Source: an uncultured Gammaproteobacteria bacterium | GTDB lineage: Bacteria; Patescibacteriota; Microgenomatia; Levybacterales; GWA1-39-11 | Assembly: GCA_964448725.1 (NCBI GenBank) | Contig: CAYVAJ010000001.1 | Coordinates: forward strand, 71,525 to 135,524 | DNA length: 64,000 nt | Direction: 5' to 3' | Part shown: in pieces, positions 48,578 to 57,337 of the stretch | Layout of the letters: every line of letters begins with the position of its first letter | How positions within the stretch are numbered: the first letter of the stretch is position 1 | Position numbers and translations under genes: made by a program | The notes under the pieces: model-generated | Seen by the model: the letters and a program-made list of their open reading frames with translations, nothing else | Told to the model about the DNA's origin: nothing | Databases searched by the model: none

Positions 48578-51500
48578 ATGAAAGATCGATTGACACGTGT
48601 GGGTAAATCAGGCCATACTAATAATATGGAAGACAGAGGGGAAAGTCCTGTTTTAACAGAAGTAGGAAAGGCTTTAAAAGAAGCTGATGCATTTGCAGAT
48701 AAGTTCGCAAATGCTATGAAAGAACATGTACATAAAGAAGCAAAACAGCGTGCAGAGGCTGAAGCTGAAAAGAAACGCCAAAAAGATTCAGAAGAACGAA
48801 GAAAAGAAGAAGATAGAATCAGAAATGAGCTTAAAAACACAAAACATCCAGAAAGAGCAGTATCTCCAGAAGATCAAGAAAGAGAATTCAATGATCTAGT
48901 CTCTCAATTACCCAAAAAAGAGCAAGCTGCTTATCGCCAATTAATGAATGGTATGGCAGATACAACACAAAGATCAAGTTTTTTAAATTCAATTCGTGCA
49001 TTAGTAAAAGGTGAAGCATCAGGAGATGATGTTCAGGCACCAGAAGACACGCTCAAGATGAAAATTGAAGATGTAGTAGGAAATAGCTCTCTTGAGAGAT
49101 TCTTTACAAAGAGGGTAACTCCAAAAGTAGAGGAGGTAAGTAAGAAAATTTTACAACATGTAGAAGAACAAGGTGCTGATCAAGAACAGATTATTACATT
49201 ACAACGTCAAATAAAATCCGCTGTAGAGAAGGATACTTTTGAGATTAAACAGAAAGCAAAAAAAGGAGAGTGGGATAAAATACAAAAACGTCTTTCTCAA
49301 ATGCTGCAAGACCTTGAGCAAAGAGAAAAAGAATTAGTACAAGAGACAAAAGACTCTCAATCAAACGATTTAGAAACTAAAAAACACGAGAAATTGTTAC
49401 CAGAGCAAGAAAAATCTGTTGAGGTTCAGCATAAGATACAAGAGGCAACTAATCGCTTTAAAGATGGTGAAGAGAAACTTACCCAAGGTTTGCAAAATAC
49501 AGTATCAAAGTCAAAAGATCCAATAAATAGAATTTCAGAGCAAAATGTGCTGAAGAATAAAACTCCAGAAACGGTCGTTACAGAGGCAAAAGAAAGATTT
49601 AAAAATGCAGTAGGTCAAAGTGATGAGGACCGCGTATCAAAGGGAAAGCTGGAAGTATTAAGACAAGAGGTTGAGAAGAATGCAATGTTATCACCTGAAG
49701 ATCGTATTAGAAAAGCAACAGAGATTTTACGGCAAGCAAAATTACTAAATAGAGAATTACATGAAAAAGAAGCAAATGCAATTCTTGATGCACATAAAGT
49801 CGGAGAAGGAGAGACTGGACTTGATGGGAGGAAAGCAGAAATTGAGAATTTTACTTTAAGTCAGTTGCTGAGAAAAGGAAGAATTTTACGTGGTGAAGGT
49901 GGATTTGATGATTCACAGATTCGTTTGCTTATGGAACATGGGATTACAGGACCAAGAGCTTCTTCAGTGATAGAAGATCGAGCTGTTATTTCTGGAACAG
50001 AAGCTTCTTCTGCAAGTAACAGTCACACTCCAACAGCAGATGCAGTAGAAGAATATATACGTTCAATTTCAAATTCAAAAGTAGATGCGGAAGAAAAATA
50101 TACACTGTCAGTTCCAAATAAAGACGAAAAGGGATATTGGGATCCTGATACTTTACAAGATCAGAATGCTCAACTGGTAAAAGAAGTAGTGGGTAAAACG
50201 GTGCTTGATGATGTTGAAGAATGGGAAGAAGATCTGGAAACAGACAATATAAGTGAATCATATTCAGGTTACTTACATGCATCTCTTGCTGATACAGATA
50301 CCTTTAGTATCAAAAGATTTAATAACTCAATTACAAGCGAACTCTTTCGACTGCATACACTCTCTCAGAATCTTCCAATTGATATGCAACAAAATGTAGA
50401 AGACGTGATTTCAAAGCTTGGTACAAAACTCAATTCCCTAAGTATGTATCAAAATCAGCATGAGCAAATTGAACAAGAACTTTCACATTTGAAAGACGAA
50501 TATTGGATGACTGACGGATCACGTGAGGCAAAACAAAAGATTCAAGATGCAGAAAAAAGACTAAAAGAGTTGGAAACAAGATTTAAATCTAATGTCCGTC
50601 CACTTATTAATGAACTGGAGAATGTAAGTAATCAAGCACATCAACAAGTAACGCAGCGAGAGAACAGTGGTAGTGGGGATGAAAGAAATCTTGATTCCGG
50701 TAGACCAGTTGTTCCTCCTGGTGGTGGAGTTGGCCGAGGAGGGGGCGGTGGTGGAGGCCCTGAAGGAGGAGAAAATGGTGGACATTTTGGGGGTAGAAGG
50801 GAAAGAAGAATACGTGGCGGGGGTGGTGAGGCACCACCACCTCCGCCAGAGCTCGGATTACGGGGACGAGGAGAGGGAGATGAGGCTGAGGAAGATCCTC
50901 TTGGTCGATCAGTTAGATCAATTGAAGATCTAGGGCATTTTATGGAACTTGTTACGGCAGAATTTAGAGGAAAAATTATGGCCTCTCTTTATCGGGGTGA
51001 AGATGGAAGTATTATTACAGAAGAAGACTTATTAAGCGATGTAACAGATCTCAATCAACAAGAAGAAATGAAATCAAAAAATAGACTTTATGCTTTTAAA
51101 GTTGGGCAAGGAGAATATGCAATGGATTATCTAGATACAAAAGTGCCTAATAATTATAAAGTGCCAGATGATGAACGTGGAAATAGAGTGTTGATGTTAA
51201 CTGCTGAGGAAATAAAACAAATTGATTCTCGAATGATTGATCCTCAAACTGGAAGACCATGGGCGAGACATGGTGGACAAAATGCTAAAGATTATTGGGA
51301 AGCCGTTCGGATTGTACGACCTGATCAATTTATGAATTGGGTCAGAAGCTATTGGACTCTGATTCATGGTGATGATCCTGATAATCCAGTTAACTTTTTT
51401 CAAGAGATCATTGTAAATCATCCTGATCAAAGAGGTGCAGTTAATGTAGGTGTTATGCATAAAAATGCAGGGACTTATTTACGCAGCAGATTTTTAACAG

Positions 51501-53776
51501 ATCCTTCCACTGGTGAGTTACGAGTATTTAATCAGTTAAGAAATCAGATTATTAATGAGGTCTGGGTACCGTCTGGTGAACGTAATAAAGAAGTACTTTA
51601 TAAAAAAATCATGCACGCAGATGAGGAATTGCCAAAAGTGATGCGTGATCAAATCACTGCAGATAATTTGGCTGCAAAAATCTCCGCAAATGGGAAGAAT
51701 ACACTAGCAATGTTTTTCACTCTGCCAGAACATTTCCAGGACGATTTTGATTGGAGAACAGGTAAGGAAAAAACACAATCTGAACGAGCAGAGGATATTA
51801 AATTTGGAGCGGGGATACTGTTAGCATATGAAATGTACTATAACATCAGTGATATAGAAGGTATGAAGCGATTGATTGGAAATAATGCCTCATTCTTTAC
51901 TCGGGATGCCATAACAAGAGCAGTCTTAGAAGTAGCAGGTGAAGAAATGCCTGAAAAGCTTGATAAATCCCACTATGAATTTGCCACTCAATATTTAATT
52001 CAACTAAAAGATCCTGGAGCAGGGACAGTAATTGATGCAAGCTTATATGATGAAAAAGGAAAAGTGGATGAATCGAACAAAAAAAATCTTAATAAGTGGC
52101 TACAATTTATGAATCCTTATTATCCAGTTCAAAAAGATGTCAAGATGCTTGGTGTAATTCGAAAAGTAGTTGAGAATCAATTGCAGGAGATCATTGGAAT
52201 TGAAAAAGGAGCATCTGGATCAGAGCTTGCAGAGCTTCATGCATATATGCGTACCTTCCATGATGGTGTTGCAGCGCGCCACGATGTACGAATGGGCAAT
52301 CGTAATTCACAAACAAAATATGAATTTGTTGGTGCGCCAGGAGGTTATCAAGATAAACAGTTCGGTCGAGATAGAGCTGGAAATTTATATAATAAAGGAC
52401 TACTTTGGAGAACTACAGTTGGTATGTTACATGCTATGCCTACAAGAAACGGTGAAGCCGTACAAGATATATTGCATCATGCAATATCTATACAGATGAA
52501 TGCATTGCACCCATACAGAGATTTGCTGGATAGGATTAAGCGGGGAGAAGTTCCTGATTCAAGGTATGAAGAAATTAAAGAACAGATCGCAAGACGGGAA
52601 GATTTTGAAGATGATCCAGAAGCAAATGCACTGCTTGCTCAAATAAGAAAAATTGATAAAGATTATAAAAAATTGAAAGAGGACGGATTTATAAAAGATG
52701 CACAGGCAAAGAGCCATGCACGATACCGACTCATAAATGAAACACTTGAATTGCATTTACGTAAGAAGTATGAACCGTTGGCAACTGCATGGGAAACATA
52801 TAACAAAAATATTCCTAAAACAAATTCTGATTTTAATTCAGTTCTGGGAAGACTTGAATTTGATGAAGCTCAGTATACGCAGTATGGAGGAATGCATTAC
52901 TCAAATAGCACGGGACTTTTTCATATGGAAATGGAATCACAAGATCTTCCTCTTGATAAATTGAGCGGAAGAGATTATCAGGGTAGACTATTCTTTAAAA
53001 CAGAAGAATTTGGAGGATGGCTTGAGGGAATGGAAAAACGAATGAGGTACACAATTGAAACATGGCCATTACCACTGGGAGCAACTGAAAGAAGGTTAGT
53101 AAATCCTCGTACCTCAGAGCCTCCTAAGTTTGTTGAGATGCCGCTAGTTGAGTCAATATTTGGATCTTATGATTATACGGGTGCGCGGAATGGTGGAGTA
53201 ATGGAAATGGCGCAGCGTATGATTAATCGTAAGTTGAAAGATCCTATTAATTTTACTGATGGAAAAGGAAATATTGTAACGGTTATTCCAAAAGAAGAAA
53301 ATGGACAAATCGAACGAGACAAACTTGGAAATCCTATTATGATTCCTGATTATGAGTCTCCGCAGGCATTAGAACGTAGAGAAGCACTTCGTAAAATTGT
53401 GGGATATGTTGATTATGATAAAGATGAAAATGGAAGAATTATTGGTATAAATGATATTGTAAAACCTTTAGTAAATGATCCAGCAAGTTTTTTTACGAAA
53501 GCATATGTAAAAGTACGTATTGCAAATTTTATCCTAGCTCATACAGACAAATACTCACCATATGAGAAATGGACGATAAGACAACGTGAAGATTTCTTTC
53601 ATTCATTAATGTTGTCAAGTTATTTTTCAGAGATAGACATTGATGATATCAGAGAATTCTCAGATAACAAATTTTGGAAAAATTTCAGAAGAGAGGCATT
53701 GAGAGAAACCGGGTTAGGTGCAATGCAAGGAATCTTAGATGCTTTTAAGACCTTTTTTAAAGGGGCTGTGTCTTAA
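48578..53776 (+). CDS. 1732-aa orphan protein: coiled-coil N-half, Gly/Pro/Arg linker, globular C-half
   Basis: 5.2-kb uninterrupted ORF; no signal peptide or TM seen; no family recognised. Confidence 0.85.
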   Translation: MKDRLTRVGKSGHTNNMEDRGESPVLTEVGKALKEADAFADKFANAMKEHVHKEAKQRAEAEAEKKRQKDSEERRKEEDRIRNELKNTKHPERAVSPEDQEREFNDLVSQLPKKEQAAYRQLMNGMADTTQRSSFLNSIRALVKGEASGDDVQAPEDTLKMKIEDVVGNSSLERFFTKRVTPKVEEVSKKILQHVEEQGADQEQIITLQRQIKSAVEKDTFEIKQKAKKGEWDKIQKRLSQMLQDLEQREKELVQETKDSQSNDLETKKHEKLLPEQEKSVEVQHKIQEATNRFKDGEEKLTQGLQNTVSKSKDPINRISEQNVLKNKTPETVVTEAKERFKNAVGQSDEDRVSKGKLEVLRQEVEKNAMLSPEDRIRKATEILRQAKLLNRELHEKEANAILDAHKVGEGETGLDGRKAEIENFTLSQLLRKGRILRGEGGFDDSQIRLLMEHGITGPRASSVIEDRAVISGTEASSASNSHTPTADAVEEYIRSISNSKVDAEEKYTLSVPNKDEKGYWDPDTLQDQNAQLVKEVVGKTVLDDVEEWEEDLETDNISESYSGYLHASLADTDTFSIKRFNNSITSELFRLHTLSQNLPIDMQQNVEDVISKLGTKLNSLSMYQNQHEQIEQELSHLKDEYWMTDGSREAKQKIQDAEKRLKELETRFKSNVRPLINELENVSNQAHQQVTQRENSGSGDERNLDSGRPVVPPGGGVGRGGGGGGGPEGGENGGHFGGRRERRIRGGGGEAPPPPPELGLRGRGEGDEAEEDPLGRSVRSIEDLGHFMELVTAEFRGKIMASLYRGEDGSIITEEDLLSDVTDLNQQEEMKSKNRLYAFKVGQGEYAMDYLDTKVPNNYKVPDDERGNRVLMLTAEEIKQIDSRMIDPQTGRPWARHGGQNAKDYWEAVRIVRPDQFMNWVRSYWTLIHGDDPDNPVNFFQEIIVNHPDQRGAVNVGVMHKNAGTYLRSRFLTDPSTGELRVFNQLRNQIINEVWVPSGERNKEVLYKKIMHADEELPKVMRDQITADNLAAKISANGKNTLAMFFTLPEHFQDDFDWRTGKEKTQSERAEDIKFGAGILLAYEMYYNISDIEGMKRLIGNNASFFTRDAITRAVLEVAGEEMPEKLDKSHYEFATQYLIQLKDPGAGTVIDASLYDEKGKVDESNKKNLNKWLQFMNPYYPVQKDVKMLGVIRKVVENQLQEIIGIEKGASGSELAELHAYMRTFHDGVAARHDVRMGNRNSQTKYEFVGAPGGYQDKQFGRDRAGNLYNKGLLWRTTVGMLHAMPTRNGEAVQDILHHAISIQMNALHPYRDLLDRIKRGEVPDSRYEEIKEQIARREDFEDDPEANALLAQIRKIDKDYKKLKEDGFIKDAQAKSHARYRLINETLELHLRKKYEPLATAWETYNKNIPKTNSDFNSVLGRLEFDEAQYTQYGGMHYSNSTGLFHMEMESQDLPLDKLSGRDYQGRLFFKTEEFGGWLEGMEKRMRYTIETWPLPLGATERRLVNPRTSEPPKFVEMPLVESIFGSYDYTGARNGGVMEMAQRMINRKLKDPINFTDGKGNIVTVIPKEENGQIERDKLGNPIMIPDYESPQALERREALRKIVGYVDYDKDENGRIIGINDIVKPLVNDPASFFTKAYVKVRIANFILAHTDKYSPYEKWTIRQREDFFHSLMLSSYFSEIDIDDIREFSDNKFWKNFRREALRETGLGAMQGILDAFKTFFKGAVS

Positions 53777-53815
53777 TGTGGCAGTATGGATATTATTGCC
53801 TGTGTCTTGATTGAT

Positions 53816-55465
53816 TTAACTTCTGGGACTAGGATTTCGGAAGAGAAAGTTTCTGGCTCTTGACGTCCATTGTCCGCGTATTATATTTCCATTATTATCT
53901 CTTTGAATACGTTGATCCATACGCCGTCTTATAGGATCAGCTATAAACCCTTTACTTTCTCCAGTTCGAGGATCTCGTTCCCATGCTCGTGATGTAATAG
54001 GACTGACAGATTTGCTTACTACACTTGAACCCATGCCGAAAGCCTGTCCAATTGCTGCTTGATATTTTACTGTAGGAGCATGTAGAGCATCTTTTACGAT
54101 GTTTACAACCTCAGGAGTCATGAGAATAATTGCCAGACCAATAAGAGCACCAAAATGCGTTGGATTGATAGGATTACCGATAAGCGGCGGTGTGAAGTAA
54201 TTTGTACCACCCTGGCTGAATACTTGAACGAAAACAGACCCAAGCAAGAACATAAAAAGAGTAACAGGAAAGACTGCTATATATGAAAAAATATGTTTAA
54301 ACCAGCTTCCTGCACTGAGAGGAGAACCAGGTATGAGGCTTCCTGCGATCCAAATAGGAGCAAGCACGGTATCAATAAGAATGAAAAGATATGCTTTAAG
54401 TAATAATATCCATAATCTAAAAAGAGAGAAAAGAATTGCGACCATAATTATAAAAAAGGCAATAAATGAACCGATGTAACCCATAATGTTATTGCCAAAT
54501 AAGCCTCCAAGAGCAAGTCCTAAAGATGATCCTATAACGCCTCCTAAAATATTTCCTCCTACGGGTACTACTGATCCTAATCCGGCTCCTATAACTCCGA
54601 GAACAATAGTTGCAATTGTTTGACCAGCATTCCCTTCAAATACAGTTGCAATAATATCACCTATACTTGAAGCAGAATGTTTTGCTATACTACCAATTCC
54701 GCCTAATCCTCCAGCGGCACCAAATGGAGTAGATCCTTGGAGATTGGTGGGGTTAAGTCCTGCTATGTGGACTCCAGGTATTCCTGCAATTATTTCATAA
54801 AACATGTACATAATAAGATACATTAAATCAATCAGAAAACCTGAAATAGCAAAAGAGAATGTTACAAGTACTAAAACAATGATCGCTCGGGGAATAGCAT
54901 TTTGAATAGTCATGACAGTACGAGGATCTACTTTAAAGCGGAAAATAATACCAAATCCGATGAGCATAAAGATAATGACAAATAGTACATAAACAATATT
55001 CCGGAAAGCTACCCAGGTATTTAAGAGTGGATTGAGGCTGTTAAAGCCTATTCCAGCTTCTTGAGCATAGGTGCCTTTCGCAATACCAAAATTGGACGCA
55101 GTATATTTGATATAGCTGTCAGAATTAATCGGAATATTAAAGCTACCAGCAATCATTGCACTCATTACTCCGATTGCACCGCCTCCATTTTCTACGTAAC
55201 CAATTTTGTTAGTTTCGGGGTCTACTCCTAGACATTTGCCAGTAGGGTTAATCGGGTCTATGCCAGCAAGATGACAGGTCATGGCTGCCATGATTTCAAT
55301 GAGGACAATTTGCGTGCGTGTTCCCATATCTAAAGGAACATCTGCATTTGTCCGTGCAGGGATTTGTGGAGGAGGCTGTGTTGCAGGTGTCTGAGCAAAT
55401 GCAGAGTATGCGGTAAAATTCAGAAAAATAGCGACGAAGAATAGGACAGAAAACAGGCGTTTCAT
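53816..55465 (-). CDS. VirB6/TrbL-like polytopic membrane protein
   Basis: Signal (AFAQ); WVAFRNIVYVLF..FR..TIQNAIPR..LVTFSFAISGFLIDL; several TMs, Gly-zipper segment; T4SS context. Confidence 0.68.
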   Translation of the reverse strand: MKRLFSVLFFVAIFLNFTAYSAFAQTPATQPPPQIPARTNADVPLDMGTRTQIVLIEIMAAMTCHLAGIDPINPTGKCLGVDPETNKIGYVENGGGAIGVMSAMIAGSFNIPINSDSYIKYTASNFGIAKGTYAQEAGIGFNSLNPLLNTWVAFRNIVYVLFVIIFMLIGFGIIFRFKVDPRTVMTIQNAIPRAIIVLVLVTFSFAISGFLIDLMYLIMYMFYEIIAGIPGVHIAGLNPTNLQGSTPFGAAGGLGGIGSIAKHSASSIGDIIATVFEGNAGQTIATIVLGVIGAGLGSVVPVGGNILGGVIGSSLGLALGGLFGNNIMGYIGSFIAFFIIMVAILFSLFRLWILLLKAYLFILIDTVLAPIWIAGSLIPGSPLSAGSWFKHIFSYIAVFPVTLFMFLLGSVFVQVFSQGGTNYFTPPLIGNPINPTHFGALIGLAIILMTPEVVNIVKDALHAPTVKYQAAIGQAFGMGSSVVSKSVSPITSRAWERDPRTGESKGFIADPIRRRMDQRIQRDNNGNIIRGQWTSRARNFLFRNPSPRS

Positions 55466-55506
55466 AGGTAATTTTAGTATGGCGTAAAGTTTGACAAAAA
55501 GTCAAA

Positions 55507-55938
55507 CAAAGCGTTTAGTAAATAAGTGTTTAGCGTTTAGATTTAAGCTTAAGAATAATTGAATGGAGCATTTTTGACGTTTCATCTATAAGACCTTCTA
55601 GTTTTTTTGTGTCATTTGGAGTAATAAATACAAGCCTCTTAGCAATGATTAAATGTGTCTCTAATTCTAAAGCAGATCCATATGCTATTGAGTAAAACTG
55701 ATGATATTCTTTGACAGATTTTCTGCCATATCCTTCAGCAATATTGGCTGGGATTGATATTGCTGCTCTTCGCATTTGACTTACTAAATTATATAATTCT
55801 GTTTTCGGAAATCTACTTGTTACCTTATATACTTCTTCAACTAGTTCAATTGCTCTTTGCCATACAATCAGTTCTTTATATGTGTTTATTTGCATTGTAT
55901 TACTAAACGCTAGGTTCTTATTTTTACTATACGCTTTG
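55507..55938. repeat. nested inverted repeats enclosing four-helix-bundle gene B
   Basis: Outer CAAAGCGTTTAGTAAATA(55507-24)/TTTTTACTATACGCTTTG(55921-38), 16 of 18; inner TAGCGTTTAG(55531-40)/CTAAACGCTA(55903-12), perfect. Confidence 0.78.
55530..55895 (-). CDS. four-helix-bundle protein (23S rRNA IVS protein/Avd-like fold)
   Basis: YKELIVWQRA, FPKTELYNLVSQMRRAAISIPANIAEG, IAYGSALELET. Confidence 0.93.
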   Translation of the reverse strand: MQINTYKELIVWQRAIELVEEVYKVTSRFPKTELYNLVSQMRRAAISIPANIAEGYGRKSVKEYHQFYSIAYGSALELETHLIIAKRLVFITPNDTKKLEGLIDETSKMLHSIILKLKSKR

Positions 55939-55998
55939 CATAGATTGTTGACAACAATCTATGCTCTCGGTATGATTAGGCAAAGCGATGCAAGGAGT

Positions 55999-56568
55999 AT
56001 GAAAGGATTTATTGGACTGGTATTATTAATGTGTCTCCTCTTTACTACTGTATCTGTCTCTGCTCAAACAATTACTCTCCCTGCAACTGATAGTGCTGCT
56101 ATGGCAAGTGCTCCTGCACAGATCCACTATGACTTACCGTATCCAGGAATTCTACCTGATCATCCTCTGTACTTTTTAAAAGTTATGCGTGATAGGTTAG
56201 TTGGTTTTTTGATAAGTGACCCAGTGAAAAAAGCTGAGTTTAATCTACTGCAATCTGACAAAAAGCTTTTTGCTGCGCGTATGCTGTTTGAAGATGATAA
56301 GGATGAACTGGCTTTAGAAACATTATCGAAAAGTAATAACTATATGCATAATGCTATCTCTGCTGCCAATCGGGCAGAAGAAGCTGGTCGTGATCCAAGT
56401 AGTGTAGTGCAGAAAATTAAAACATCAATTGCAAAACATAAGCAAGCAATTGAAGAAGTTATTAATACAGACACTCCAGTTACCAATCAGCTCACCGGTG
56501 AACTAAAGCGACTAAAAGAAATAGAGAAATTTTACTTCCAACATTTTCCTCAAAAAAGTAACGAGTAG
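55999..56568 (+). CDS. secreted DUF5667-like protein
   Basis: Signal (VSAQ); YDLPYPGILPDHPLYFLKVMRD. Confidence 0.78.
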   Translation: MKGFIGLVLLMCLLFTTVSVSAQTITLPATDSAAMASAPAQIHYDLPYPGILPDHPLYFLKVMRDRLVGFLISDPVKKAEFNLLQSDKKLFAARMLFEDDKDELALETLSKSNNYMHNAISAANRAEEAGRDPSSVVQKIKTSIAKHKQAIEEVINTDTPVTNQLTGELKRLKEIEKFYFQHFPQKSNE

Positions 56569-56664
56569 TACACAATACAACTTATTTTCACGTCATAAGT
56601 TTTTCTTACAAATCTATTTGAAGCTAAGACGTTTTCCTATAGTAAAATGATATAGTTTGATCAA

Positions 56665-56718
56665 TTGACACTGGGAGATATAGTGGTCTATATTGATATC
56701 TGCCACTAGATGTGGAGG
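56665..56718 (+). promoter_or_regulatory. nrdR-nrdJ promoter with tandem NrdR boxes
   Basis: TTGACA(56665-70), 18 bp, TATATT; boxes CTGGGAGATATAGTGG(56671-86, degenerate) and CCACTAGATGTGGAGG(56703-18), 32 bp apart. Confidence 0.7.
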
Positions 56719-56773
56719 AGAATTGAAGCTTACGACATAAATCTTGTAAGTTCTTCAAATTGCACATTTATAC

Positions 56774-56867
56774 TTTTCAGTTTGAAGTTTTAAGTTTTCA
56801 ATATTATTTCATTAAATCGTAAATCATTGAGAATTTATTAAAAATCGAGAATTGAAAATTGAAATTT
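56774..56867. repeat. AT-rich heptamer inverted-repeat element in the nrdR leader
   Basis: TTTTCAG TTTGAAG TTTTAAG TTTTCAA facing ATTAAAA ATCGAGA ATTGAAA ATTGAAA. Confidence 0.6.
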
Positions 56868-56873
56868 GTAACC

Positions 56874-57329
56874 ATGCGCTGTCCGTATTGCAATCATACC
56901 GGTTCTGAAGTAGTTGAGACTCGGGTAGGAGAAGAAGGATCAAATATCCGCAGAAGACGGTTATGTTCTGATTGTAATAAGCGATTTACAACATATGAGC
57001 GAATTGAGGGAGTTACCCTTATCGTTCGTAAACGTGATGGAAAGCGTGAGCAATTTAGTCGTGACAAATTAAAAATTGGATTGATTAAATCCTGTGAGAA
57101 AACAACTGTATCATTGCAGGAAATAGAAGAGGTTGTTGCCAGTATTGAAAGAGAGTTGCGTTGTGGAGATTCTTTAGAGGTAGAAAGTGAAAGAATCGGT
57201 AAAATGGTTGCTGATCAACTAAAGGAAAAGAATAAGCTTGCGTATATTCGATTTGCTAGTGTATTTAAGCATTTTGTAGATATTGAGGATGTAGCTCAAG
57301 AATTAAAAGTGCTAAATAAGAAAAATTAA
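56874..57329 (+). CDS. nrdR: transcriptional repressor NrdR
   Basis: MRCPYC..IRRRRLCSDCNKRFTTYERIE, ATP-cone, AYIRFASV. Confidence 0.97.
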   Translation: MRCPYCNHTGSEVVETRVGEEGSNIRRRRLCSDCNKRFTTYERIEGVTLIVRKRDGKREQFSRDKLKIGLIKSCEKTTVSLQEIEEVVASIERELRCGDSLEVESERIGKMVADQLKEKNKLAYIRFASVFKHFVDIEDVAQELKVLNKKN

Positions 57330-57337
57330 AAATTACT

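Noticed and set aside
27134-55465. Integrative conjugative element or prophage
   Set aside because: No integrase, relaxase, coupling protein, att repeats or phage structural genes seen.
48095-55895. Diversity-generating retroelement suggested by Avd-like four-helix proteins
   Set aside because: No reverse transcriptase and no repeat pair differing only at adenines in the window.
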